NCBI GenBank assembly: GCA_002269645.1
Contig: NIVC01003246.1
Coordinates: 45,215-109,214 of the forward strand
DNA length: 64,000 bases
Direction: 5' to 3'
Origin: Macrostomum lignano
Lineage: Eukaryota
Made by a program: the position numbers and the translations under genes. The notes beneath the pieces were generated by a model. That model was not told the DNA's origin, did no database searches, and was given only the letters and a program-made list of their open reading frames with translations. This document shows positions 28,573-43,623 of this stretch, one piece after another (the first letter of the stretch is position 1; each line of letters starts with the position of its first letter).

Positions 28573-29759
28573 CAGATCAGTGGATTTTTTTATGGAACTC
28601 TTAGCTCAGGATACTCCTACGCACAAGCTGCGAGGGCACTTCTCAACACTGGTTGCCCGGCGTATTTATAATGAATTCCGGCTCAATAAAAAGTTGTTTT
28701 GGCCCCTGAAAAGCCACCAACACACCTCATCATTCCTCACTGCCTCCCTCGCCTTCCTGTCTCTAATTCAACTAAGCCATTGTGAGACATCCGGCAACCA
28801 ACTAGCAACTACCCAACCCTCCCACCGCTTCCTCGGTAGTTTTTGCCGTCCAAAATTTCAAAGCAAATTTTTGATAGCCCCGATCACCATGACAACGGCC
28901 GACAAAACCTGACCATTGGGATTGGAGAGACCGCCTGTAAGAACTGAAGGTTAACCGATTCCCACAGGAAAAGGGATAAGGTTATAGTAGACGTGTAAAT
29001 GCTTATTACAACCCAGATTTCGTAGACGTTCAAGCATTTTTTGGATTCTTGATGCTGATTCATGACAAAGCAGACCAAAGAGCTTTCTAGGCTAACAAAG
29101 AAGCATTCACTTAGGGGAAACAAGAACTCGAGCTGATGGCGCCAAGGTGAATTCAAGCTCACCTTGAGGTGAGCAGCTACGCGTGGGTGGCACTGCGTCT
29201 GTGGGTATCGGACGAAGGTCGCCGGGCGGAAGGCTCAGCGCGCTGACGGATGCGTTGCGGTTTTCTAGAAAGTTTGCCCACCTCCCTCCCGGATGAGGAA
29301 AGAGTACACGGACTGTTCGCACAATGCAGCGGGGGTGGGATGAACAAACAATGGACCTGCTGCTGTTGTGTGGGCGTCTACTTCCGCAACAAGCCCTGAG
29401 CTCGCCCAGAGGCTTGGCTCTTCCGCTGCGGCCTTTGTGTCAAAGTTTATCACGGAAGAGCGAGATTGATCAACAAAAGGCTAAATGTCAGAGAATAGGC
29501 TGCTGGCCTTTGTGCGAAGGGGCGCCACGGACACGCCCTGGTCTGGTGCTTGTGAGCAATCATTTCCGCAAGGGGTGGAATTAAAGTACCGATCAAACTC
29601 TAAGTGGCACCACTGCGCAACAATGAACTTAAGAGCCTCCTTGGTGTGTACTTGCACAATCGGTGTTGACCTTTGAAAAAATAGGACATTTCCATCAGAT
29701 TTCTCGGAATTTTAGGCGCCAAAGACGTTTGGGATTTTATCCCTTAGCTTGGAAAAGGG

Positions 29760-30320
29760 CGCCCCTGTCTCTTGGTGGGCGCCTCTATCTCTTGGTGGAC
29801 GCCTCTATCTCTTGGTGGGCGCCTCTATCTCTTGGTGGGCGCCTCTATCTCTTGGTGGGCGCCTCTATCTCTTGGTGGGCGCCCTTGTCTTTTGGTGAGC
29901 GGCCCTGCCTCTTGGTAGGGGCCCTTCTCTTGGTGGGCGCCCCTGTCTCTTGGTGGGCGCCTCTATCTTTTGGTGGGCGCCCCTGTCTCTTGGTGGGCGC
30001 CTCTATCTCTTGGTGGGCGCCTCTATCTCTTGGTGGGCGCCTCTATCTCTTGGTGGGCGCCTCTATCTCTTGGTGGGCGCCTCTATCTCTTGGTGGGCGC
30101 CTCTATCTCTTGGTGGGCGCCCTTGTCTTTTGGTGAGCGGCCCTGCCTCTTGGTAGGGGCCCTTCTCTTGGTGGGCGCCCCTGTCTCTTGGTGGGCGCCT
30201 CTATCTTTTGGTGGGCGCCCCTGTCTCTTGGTGGGCGCCTCTATCTCTTGGTGGGCGCCCCTGTCTCTTGGTGGGCGCCTCTATCTCTTGGTGCGCGCCC
30301 CCTGTCTTTTGGTGGACGCT
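29760..30320. repeat. 20-bp minisatellite (CTCTTGGTGGGCGCCTCTAT)
   Basis: About 28 units; a variant block (TTTTGGTGAGCGGCCCTGCC...GGTAGGGGCCC) recurs near 29885 and 30125. Confidence 0.92.
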
Positions 30321-30517
30321 TCTGTCTCTAAGTTTGTGTTGCTACCCATCAAAGCTCGGTGTTTTGAGCACTTCCTACTCTTTTGTAGGAACAACCTCAT
30401 CAACCATCAACCTTTATTTGTACTCAGAGAAGGCTTTGTTATTTGAGCACCTATTCTTTAAACTTCTTTCAAGTTAGGAGTCTCGCATTCTCAAAACTGA
30501 GAAGTGACTGCCGAATA

Positions 30518-30772
30518 TTATTGCCCACTCCGCCGACTCCTTTGAACAGGCACACAATCACACAGGAGTGTACAGCGGCCCTAACTTTATTTATCGTTAG
30601 GCATGCACACTTCACTGTGCCTTGGGGGTTGGCTCTCAGTGACGTTAATTGCTCGAGCAGAGCCAAGCCAAAGTTCCAATTTAGCCGCAAATTAATGTGA
30701 CTGCACTTGGAATCGAGCCTGGGCCGCTGGCACATCAGAGCAGCGCCCCCCAGACCGCTGGGCTGCGGTCCC
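30518..30772 (-). mobile_element. tRNA-derived SINE family 2, copy B (partial)
   Basis: Reverse complement matches 42008-42368: CCCAGGCTCGATTCCAAGTGCAG, GAGAGCCAACCCCC.AAGGC.CAGTGAAGTGT.CATGCCTAAC, AAAGTTAGGGCCGCTGTACACTCCTGTGTGA. Confidence 0.75.
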
Positions 30773-31489
30773 GGTCGCTTGCTTGATAAAGTACGCCTGA
30801 ACCTCGCAAAAAACAAATCAGTCTGAGCTGAGCTATTTGGAATTTAATGCTGAAAATCTGCAAACTCCCTAAATTTACCGACTCATTTCATTCTGCTCTA
30901 ATTGCAAATTGCATCTCGGCTCGCATTACTGTGTGCACTTTTAATTTTATCTCTGAACCGCATGAGGAAGCCGCTGCCTGAATCGCTCAGGCTGCTGGCA
31001 ATAATGGCAGCTCATCTCCTTCAGACTCATTCAGCTTCTCAGCCAACTCTTAGTCCGCTAAAATCAATAAAGAAGAAAAGAGAAAAGCCGAACAACGCAG
31101 TTTCGCTGAGGCAGGGGCTGCTCAATAAACCAAGCCGAGTCCGCATCCATTAATGCGCCGTTCCTGTTGCCGGATGCAGCCGCTTTACAGCCTTATTATT
31201 TAGCTGTGTTTACAGCAGGCCTGTCAACAATTTATGCAGCAGGCAAAGTTGCGAGCTTCAGTTCTACCTGTACATTCTCGAGTAGCTGAGGCAGCTACCT
31301 GCAGAGATCAGCTAATTACCCAGTCTGTGTGACGAAAACAACATAATTCCAAACCCCTAGGGGGTCAATGAGAATCAGGCACCAGAACCCTCTGTTTCAG
31401 ATTTGGGCTGTGGAGCTTAGTAATTTAATAGTGCTTCAAATACATGCATTTTATACGTATCAATTTTGCCAATTTATGTTATCATTACA

Positions 31490-31940
<451 letters not shown>

Positions 31941-31986
31941 TGCTCGTTTGCTGCAGCAGTTATTGAAGACTTATGATTTTTGTATT

Positions 31987-34671
31987 TCAGGCCATCTCGT
32001 TGCTGCAAGATACGCCGTTATTGGCGGTGTAGAACTTGACGTTGCACTGCGCCTCTGGCACGGCGTAGGCTGCGTAAAGCTTCGGCGCGAACATGATGGC
32101 CAGCAGCAGACCGTGGGTCAGCACGCAAGAGAACACCATCAACTTGACGGCGGTGGCCAATGTGGTTGCCGTCAACGCAGCCGGGGTGAATGCCGCCCAG
32201 AGGAAGAGCGCGGAGGCGCCGGCCGCCAGGATGCACTTGCTGTCGTGAAAATTGTCGGGCAGTTGACGGGTCCGCAGCGCCAGCAGGCAGGTGGTGCCCA
32301 ATACCGGTAGGGTCAAGTTGCAGCCTAGCGGAGCCCAGAAGCTGACGGTCATGAGGTCGCACTGCCGCTCCACCCACGGCTTTGAGTCAGACGTTGTCGA
32401 GGCCGACTGACGGATGCGCGACTGCACGGGCCAGCGGAGACTGAGCCCAATGATGATGCCAGTCTGCAATGTTTTGTATAAATGGACAGGTAGTTGTTGG
32501 GTTGATAAGGCCGGTCAGCATCCCAGATCCCCATGCCTCACCATCAGCAGGACGAGACCAGCCAGCATCGCAGAAATCGGGCGCTGCCTTGCCAACTGCG
32601 GCGTCGGCCGGCCCGCCCCGGACGCTCTGAACACCAGCAGGATGCGCAGTGTCTTCACCAGCTGGCTGCAGTAGCAAACCGACAGGCCCAGCTGGGTGGC
32701 GGCGTTCGCGCAGCAGCAGGCGACGTCGGAAGCCTCAACTGCGATGGGTGCCAGGCCGGACAGACCGAGAAGGCTGCCGCAAAGGCAGGCCACCTGTCGG
32801 AAACAATTTAAAATGGTAGTTCGAGTTCCACACTAACAAATGCCACCAGTCTTACCGACAGCTGCACCGAGGACGCCTTGACTAGCCGATGCTCCCGCCG
32901 GTGCAGCAGCAACAGCAGCGCAGTCAGTGTCAGTGTGGCCAGGAGGGCCGCGCACACCAGGAGCCCCGGCAGCAGGAGATCTTCGTTCCAGCCGGCGACA
33001 GGCAACCGCTGGCAGGTCTCGGCCTCTGGCCAGAGGAACGTTGGGCAGGGCAGGCAGGCGAGGCCGTCCGAACCGGCGATTTCGCCCGGGAAGCAGGCGC
33101 GGCAGGTGAAGCAGCAGGCGTCGCTGGGCACCCGGATGTGGCCGGCTGGGCAGGGCGGGCTGCAGAACGAGGCCGCCGGTGCGGCAGTTTCGTTGTCCCA
33201 AACCCTCAGGCTGGAGCGCTGCGTCCATCGGGCGAACAATTTGAGCTCGCTGTCGGCTTCCTCGCGGCGCACGTCGTAGGCAGGCGCGGCATCGCCGCTG
33301 GAGTCGAAGCCGTCAAAGTCAGCGATAAAATGCCGGCGAGCTGTTGTTGAAAAATTTGACGCAGCAATGAGGGTGGAAATTCGAGGGCCAGTGATGCAGC
33401 TGAGTAGCTGGCTGAGGTTTCCCTCTGCGACGCTCGGCTGACACTCTTCGCTTAGGGCGACCGATTGGACGCTGTCGGCGATGAGCGTCAGCGAGTCCAG
33501 CATGCGAGCCAGCGGAGCCACTTTAACGTTGAGGCTTAAACGCGACAGAGAGGCGACCTTGGCACTGCACCCAGCTGATGTGACGTTGCCAGCAGCTGTG
33601 CAATTGCCAACGGAGAGAACCTTCTGCAGCTGAAAGCCGAACGGGAACTCCACCAGCTGGGCGAGGTTCAACGAGTGGTAAAAGCGGAGCAAGTCTGGCA
33701 CGGGAAACTGCGGAAAGGCTACGTAGAAGGCGCCCGAGTGTAGTCTTTGTACGAATCGGCGTTCGTGTCGGAGGTGATGATGGTGCCACCGCGGGAGGCG
33801 ATGCGGGCAAGCAGCCTGTCGGGCACCAGGCTGAATAGTTCGTACACGAGAAACACGGTCAAGTTTTGCCGAGAGTCGATGGCGTCCAGCGCGTCGGATA
33901 CGGAAGTGAGCTGGTTCAACGCCAGGGTGAAGGCAACGCACACCGGTGCAGCGGATTCGCTGGAGTTGCCTCCTTCGCTCGGTGCTGCAGCCAGTAGGAG
34001 CCTGGTGTTGTGCGCGAGGCCCCTCCCGTACACGTCGTCTCTGTGGATGATGGCCACGTAGGTCCAGCCGAAGTGGCGCACCAGCTGCACCGCGGCTCTG
34101 GCCTGGTGGCGATCCGGTGACACCAGCCGGTAGACGTTCGGGTACCGCTCCCGTCCGAGAACGCGTCGCTGCTGGACTCGGTGGACACCTGCGGCAGCTG
34201 GTAGGGCGACAGCAGACGTGACACGATGTCCGTGGTGCTGCTGTACCAGGCGGCCGCAGCGGCCTGAATGAGATAGACCGACTCCTCGATGCCGCTGAGC
34301 CGCTGAGAGCAGAAGGCGCCTCCGGCTGCAAGGGCGCCGTGCTGCCAGGCAGGGCGCAGGTTCTTCGTCAGACTGACGGCTGCGGCTGACGACATGCAGG
34401 GGTCCAAATGGACGAAGCCGAACGTCCATCCACGTGCGCGCAGCTCCGGGCGCAGCTGCTCCCTGTTGATTCTGTCGACAGCAAAGTGGACGGCGAGTCC
34501 TCGCAAGAACTGCGCCTCCGTGATGGGAAACTCCGCCTCGGCGCTGGCCAGGCAGTTGAACTCAGAATTCTGCACGATGGCCAAGTTGAAGACGCCGTCG
34601 CGACAGAACAGCTGCTGGCGGCAGTGAGCCGCCAGCAGAAGCTGCTGTAGCAGCATTAGGGAGATGAGCAT
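31987..34671 (-). CDS. Class C GPCR (mGluR/CaSR-like): signal peptide, Venus-flytrap, nine-Cys domain, 7TM; 3 exons, 2 apparent frameshifts
   Basis: Exons ~34671-32856, 32793-32542 and 32463-31987. Motifs: FAVDRIN, YPNVYRLVSPDRHQARAAVQLVRHFGWTYVAII, CSPPCPAGH...CCFTCRAC...CLPCP...WP...C, LVKASS, KTLRILLVF, TRQLPDNFHDSK, FAPKLY. The frame changes near 34152 and 33741. Confidence 0.85.
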
Positions 34672-35244
34672 GGAGAGGCTAGGACGAGCTGGCAGGCTGG
34701 CGGCAGACCGGCACATCGCCCGCAGCTGACCTGCCCAAATCCAGGCCAGTCAGGGCCCGCTCGTGCATTTCTGATTCGGTCAGCCATTCGGCGGCCAATC
34801 CGGCGAATTTTTCCCCGGCAGCAGGGCTGCCAAGCAAATCGAAGCGAAGCCTCGATGCCTATCGATCGGGTCAAGCTTAGTCACCTCTACAGTGACCTGC
34901 TGACAGGTGTGTGTATGAGAGAGTCAGAGGGCAGCACGATGCTTTTCCGGTGCACCCCGCACCGCAGAACAATGCAGAGCAGTGCAATCCAGTGAGCATA
35001 CTCGTAGCATTTCTGCAGAGTGGGTCACCTCCAGGCAAATCTGCGCCAAAACAGTCTGCTCTCGAGCTCGATAAGAGAGGACAGCAAAAACAAAAGCTGA
35101 TTAGATAAGAAATCTCGCACGGTGCCAGCTCTGTATTTATGGCGCGGCAACTCGCGGCCAGCTCAGACAACTCAGAGAGCCGGCCCTTCTTAGCTGATTT
35201 TTTAACACAAGTAAGCTTTACTCAGAACCCCTGCAAGTCTCTGA

Positions 35245-35738
35245 ATGGCGCTCAAACTGCAGCTCAGTCTGGCTCTGGCGCTCACCGTGCTGGCTGCCTC
35301 GCTGCGGACAGGCCACAGCTGCAACAGCGGAAACAGGGGCGGCTCCGGCTCCAAGTCCATCACCGACTCCGGCTCCGGCCGCCCCGTCCGCGTTTCCGGC
35401 TACGTCCTGCTGAACCCGGCACCGCAGCAGCTGCCAGTCAACACCCGTCTCGAAGTTCGCCTACAGGACATCTCGCTGATGGACGCGCCGTCGAAGCTGC
35501 TTGGCAGCCAGACGCTCAACTCGGTGTCGACGAGTTACAACGCCGACCGCCGGATCCCCTTCAGCCTGGAGGCGTGATCCCTGCGGACACGCCCTTCATG
35601 CCCCACTCGGTGTCCGTGTCGGCCTCCTTGCGTGGCGACGGCGTCTCCTACATCACCGACACTGCCTACTACGTGAACCTTCAGGAGGGCACCTTCGAGT
35701 ACCGCGACATGGAGATCACCATCATCAAGTACCCGTGA
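35245..35738 (+). CDS. Secreted YbaY/YscW-like (bacterial lipoprotein-type) domain protein; intronless, ~164 aa after repair of one frameshift at ~35571
   Basis: Signal peptide MALKLQLSLALALTVLAAS; VSGYV...LPVNTRLEVRLQDISLMDAPSKLLGSQTL...IPFSLE(G)V...VSASLRGDGVSYITDTAY. This parallels the YbaY pattern VSGTV...LPPDAVLTVTLSDASLADAPSKVLA...PFSF...SAAI...FITDT (recalled, not searched). Confidence 0.75.
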
Positions 35739-36039
35739 AGCTGCTGGGTACCTGAAGCTAACCTGATCATGCGTAAATGAGCGACGTTGTTGACGGTTTC
35801 ATAAGCTCGCGATTTATAACTAATTACGAGATACGAGTATCTACTTGTAAAATTCACTTTATAAATACAATTTTCATCTGGTCTTTAAGGAAAGGTTATC
35901 CTCATCAGTGTAGGCTACTTATAGTAGACAAACGCAACAACAATATGCAAAGCCGGATTTGAGATTTATTGGTTAAATATTTTAAATATGAACGCTTTAA
36001 TAAGCAAACTGTAAATAACTGCTGTTAACTGTCAACTTT

Positions 36040-38577
36040 TCAATTGTCCGTGGCGAAGTAGTAAGGCAGCAATGAGCTGTTCCTCAGGTACAGCAGACAG
36101 CAGATGGACTGGAAAACTCTCAGGTAGCACAACAGCAGCACCACCACCACGACTGAGTCGACTGGCCACGGCACCAATTCGAGGCACTTCTGCACCACCT
36201 CCACGTTGACGTCGTCCAATAGAAAGTTTCTCTCTAAGAGCAGTGCGGAGTAGCATTTGGCTTCTGCCCCATTCTGTCCGGTTTTTATCCCGTTTCTGTC
36301 CGGTTCCTGTCCAGTTTCTGTCCAGTTTCTGTCCAGTTTCTGTCCCCATTCTGTCCGGTTCCTTTCCAGTTTCTGTCCGGCTTCTGCCCCCATTCTGTCC
36401 AGTTTCTGTCCAGTTTCTGTCCCCATTCTGTCCGGTTCCTTTCCAGTTTCTGTCCGGCTTCTGCCCCCATTCTGTCCAGTTTCTGTCCAGTTTCTGTCCA
36501 GTTTCTATCCCGTTTCTGTCCAGTTTCTGTCCAGTTTCTGTCCGGCTTCTGCCCCCATTCTGTCCAGTTTCTGTCCAGTTTCTGTCCCTATTCTGTCCGG
36601 TTCCTGTCCAGTTTCTGTCCGGCTTCTGCCCCCATTCTGTCCAGTTTCTGTCCAGTTTCTGTCCCCATTCTATCCCGTTTCTGTCCTGTTTCTGTCCAGT
36701 TTCTGTCCAGTTTCTGTCCTGTTTCTGTCCAGTTTTTGTCCAGTTTCTGTCCTGTTTCTGTCCAGTTTCTGTCCAGTTTCTGTCCAGTTTCTGTCCCCAT
36801 TCTATCCCATTTTTAGCCAGTTTCTGTCCAGTTTCCGTCCGGTTTCTGTCCAGTTTCTGTCCGGTTTCTGTCCAGTTTCTGTCCAGTTTCTGTCCGGTTT
36901 CTGTCCAGTTTCTGTCCAGTTTCTGTCCAGTTTCTGTCCAGTTTCTGTCCCCATTCTGTCCAGTTTCTGTCCGGCTTCTGTCCCCATTCTGTCCGGTTTC
37001 TGTCCCCATTCTGTCCGGTTCCTGTTCCAGTTCCAAGCAGCAGAGCCGGCGCTTACCCAGCAGTTTGGGCACCAGCGGGTCGGTCCTGGTGATGGCCACG
37101 GTCATCAGGATGTACACGTTGGCCAGCAGGAAGCTCAGGCCGCACACCACATTTTCAACTTGGCGAAAGCGAAGCACCGTGGCAAAGAAGCCCATCAGGC
37201 CGACTGGGCGTTGAGCAGGTGGGGTGGAAGACCTGCTGCGTCACCAGCTACTGCCATTCCCTGTGCCATTCCCTGTGCCATTCCCTGTGCCATTCCCTGT
37301 GCCATTCCCTGTGCCATTCCCTGTGCCATTCCCTGTGCCATTCCCTGTGCCATTCCCTGTGCCATTCCCTGTGCCATTCCCTGTGCCATTCCCTGTGCCA
37401 TTCCCTGTGCCATTCTCTGTGCCATTCCCTGTGCCATTCCCTGTGCCATTCCCTGTGCCATTCCCTGTGCCATTCCCTGTGCCATTCCCTGTGCCATTCC
37501 CTGTGCCATTCCCTGTACCATTCCCTGTGCCATTCTCTGTACCATTCCCTGTGCCATTCTCTGTGCCATTCCCTGTGCCATTCCCTGTGCCATTCCCTGT
37601 GCCATTCCCTGTGCCATTCCCTGTGCCATTCCCTGTGCCATTCCCTGTGCCATTCCCTGTGCCATTCCCTGTGCCATTCTCTGTGCCATTCCCTGTGCCA
37701 TTCCCTGTGCCATTCTCTGTGCCATTCCCTGTGCCATTACCTACTGCCATTCACTGTGCCATTCCCTGTGCCATTACCTACTGCCATTCACTGTGCCATT
37801 ACCTACTGCCATTCACTGTGCCATTCCCTGTGCCATTACCTACTGCCATTCACTGTGCCATTCCCTGTGCCATTCCCTGTGCCATTCCCTGTGCCATTCC
37901 CTGTGCCATTCCCTGTGCCATTCCCTGTGCCATTCCCTGTGCCATTCTCTGTGCCATTCCCTGTACCATTCCCTGTGCCATTCCCTGTGCCATTCCCTGT
38001 GCCATTCCCTGTACCATTCCCTGTGCCATTCCCTGTGCCATTCTCTGTGCCATTCTCTGTGCCATTCCCTGTGCCATTCCCTGTGCCATTTCCTGTGCCA
38101 TTACCTACTGCCATTCACTGTGCCATTCCCTGTGCCATTACCTACTGCCATTCACTGTGCCATTCCCTGTGCCATTACCTACTGCCATTCACTGTGCCAT
38201 TCCCTGTGCCATTACCTACTGCCATTCACTGTGCCATTACCTACTGCCATTCTCTGTGCCATTACCTACTGCCATTCCCTGTGCCATTACCTACTGCCAT
38301 TCCCTGTGCCACTATCTACTGCCATTCCATGTGCCATTACCTACTGCCATCCCCAAAACCACGCCCCTGTCTTACCCGCCATGCTCTCCCCGTTGATCAT
38401 GAAGCCGAGCATGGTGGCCTTGTACATGATGCAGTCGATGTTGGACACGTCCTTGGAAATTTCCTTGGTGCGCACTTTGCGCCTGAGGCTCTGCGACAGC
38501 ACGGTGAAAATTGTCAGCGTGGCGCCGCTCAGCATAACAAGGATGTAGCAGCTTGCTGCGATAAATCTTGTGGTCAT
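36040..38577 (-). CDS. Uncharacterised 4-TM, tetraspanin-like topology protein (~200 aa, 3 exons, probable frameshift ~37207)
   Basis: Exons 38577-38376 (donor G|GTAAGA), ~37240-37057 (donor G|GTAAGC) and 36263-36040 with compatible phase. Four hydrophobic segments: [82 protein letters not shown]. Cys-containing loop between TM3 and TM4. Confidence 0.5.
36265..37020. repeat. 11-bp-based minisatellite (CCAGTTTCTGT and variants) filling an intron
   Basis: Tandem units between acceptor 36264 and donor 37056. Confidence 0.92.
37250..38350. repeat. 12-bp minisatellite (GCCATTCCCTGT) with interspersed ACCTACTGCCATT variants
   Basis: About 90 units filling an intron; source of the AIPC/CHSL/PFPV pseudo-ORFs. 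Confidence 0.95.
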
Positions 38578-38759
38578 TGCGCCGGATTAGCGACCGGGAT
38601 TAGCGGGTCTACTGATACTACAGCTTCGAAAATTTTATTGTAGCTTTGGATTTCTTGCTAACTAGAGATCCTGCTGTCTATGGCAGATAGGTTTCATGAG
38701 AAGTGAAGGTTACCAATGGTTACAAATCCTTGTAAGCTTATGTTTCCGGCGTCTATTAA

Positions 38760-38910
38760 TTAATCAATCGATCAGTCAATCAGTCGATCAGTCAATCAAC
38801 CAATCAATCACTCAATCAACCAATCAATCACTCAATCAACCAATCAATCACTCAGTCAATCAGTCAATCACTCAATCAACCAATCAATCACTCAATCAAT
38901 CAATCAATCC

Positions 38911-38950
<40 letters not shown>

Positions 38951-39145
38951 ATCAATCAATCCATCAATAATCAATCCACCAACCAACCAATCAATCAAAC
39001 AATCGATCAGTCAATCAGTCGATCAGTCAATCAACCAATCAATCACTCAATCAACCAATCAATCACTCAATCAACCAATCAATCACTCAGTCAATCAGTC
39101 AATCACTCAATCAACCAATCAATCACTCAATCAATCAATCAATCC

Positions 39146-39189
<44 letters not shown>

Positions 39190-39236
39190 ATCAATCAATC
39201 CATCAATAATCAATCCACCAACCAACCAATCAATCA

Positions 39237-39275
<39 letters not shown>

Positions 39276-39368
39276 CATCAATAATCAATCAATCAATCAA
39301 TCTATCAATCAATCCATCAATAATCAATCCACCAACCAACCAATCAATCAAACAATCAATCAATCAAT

Positions 39369-39401
<33 letters not shown>

Positions 39402-39437
39402 CATCAATAATCAATCCACCAACCAACCAATCAATCA

Positions 39438-39480
<43 letters not shown>

Positions 39481-39516
39481 CATCAATAATCAATCCACCA
39501 ACCAACCAATCAATCA

Positions 39517-39547
<31 letters not shown>

Positions 39548-39554
39548 CATCAAT

Positions 39555-39591
<37 letters not shown>

Positions 39592-39665
39592 GTCAGTCAG
39601 TCAGTCAATCAATCGATTAATCAATCAATCAATCAATGATTCAACCAATCAATCAATCAATCAAT
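38760..39665. repeat. (TCAA)n degenerate tetranucleotide array
   Basis: About 900 bp of TCAA/CCAA/TCAG units. Confidence 0.95.
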
Positions 39666-40084
39666 TAACCAAAGATCTATCTTAAATAAACAAAAATGCC
39701 AACACGTAAATCCATTAGTCTACCCGTGAGAGCTTATTCTGAGCAGCCAGCTGCCCTGATCCCCTGCTGCTCAGCCCTTTGAAAGGCGAATCCCGGAGCG
39801 CCTCAGCCAGGCTTGAAGGAGCTTCCAACAAGGCAGGCAGCTGGGAGGCATCCAGGTATTCTGCCCAGCAATGGGATTATGACGGGCTTGGCCAGGTGAA
39901 GCTGGCGATCGAAATTCCGCATGAGCGCCATCTCGCATTTCCGCTCTGCTCCGGGTCCCCAAGGGAATTTCAATCGCGGAGGGAAAACTTCAAAATAAAG
40001 AAGAAAAATCGACAAAGAAATTTATTTTACCATCAAAGCAGCCGCATTCGGAGGTGAAAAATCAAAGAAATCGAAAAAATAAAC

Positions 40085-42895
<2,811 letters not shown>

Positions 42896-43623
42896 GGCGA
42901 AGGCCAGAGGCGACTCGGGCTTGAAGGAGGTCACTTTCTGAAGGCATGAGCAGTGATGGACGATGGACGAACGATAAACGACTGCTGCTATGGCCGGACA
43001 TTTCCCAAGCATGTCCTGCTGTGGGTGTCCCTTTATGGGTGTTTTGAGATTCTGTGGGTGTTTTGGGGTTTTGTGGGTATTTTGTGATTTCTTGTGTTGT
43101 GCTCGGGTTTTAAAGCTGTTTTTTTTGTCACAAGAAGTCTCAGTCCAATTAGTCATGGGAAGATTGTGAGATTTATTATCACTAAATGCGTCTCGCACTT
43201 TTAGCACAGTCTAACACTTTATCTCGTGACTTTATTCTCGAAAACAATGGTAACCGGGCAGCTCTGTTATTAAGTTTGTTACATGTAAAAATATTTCACA
43301 AAAATTGTTCTGCTTGATCGACCATACCTAAACTCAATGTAATTTTTATTCGACTGGAGTTTATCATGTCTGTTTCCTTAATCAGACAAGAAAACACTTT
43401 TCAAGCTTTTCCAACGCTTTATAATAAAACAAACAGTATCCAATATTTATTTCCGGTGCAATGTCCTCACGCAGTCGTTATTTTCGGTTTGGGCGGAATT
43501 TTAAACAGCAAAAATTCTAAGAATCAGTTTAAATCTTCACTCTTTTCAGCGAGGCCTTGTGGATAATTTGCTAAAAAATCTGCGAAAAAAAAATTGCAAA
43601 ATAATCAACAGAATCGTCTGAGA

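Noticed and set aside
36032-38643. Long Cys-rich ORFs ([19 protein letters not shown] repeats) resembling metallothionein- or keratin-associated proteins
   Set aside because: Translations of 11- and 12-bp intronic arrays that are open in several frames on both strands.
38696-39556. 286-aa Asn/Gln/Ser/Ile-rich prion-like ORF
   Set aside because: Translation of the (TCAA)n array.
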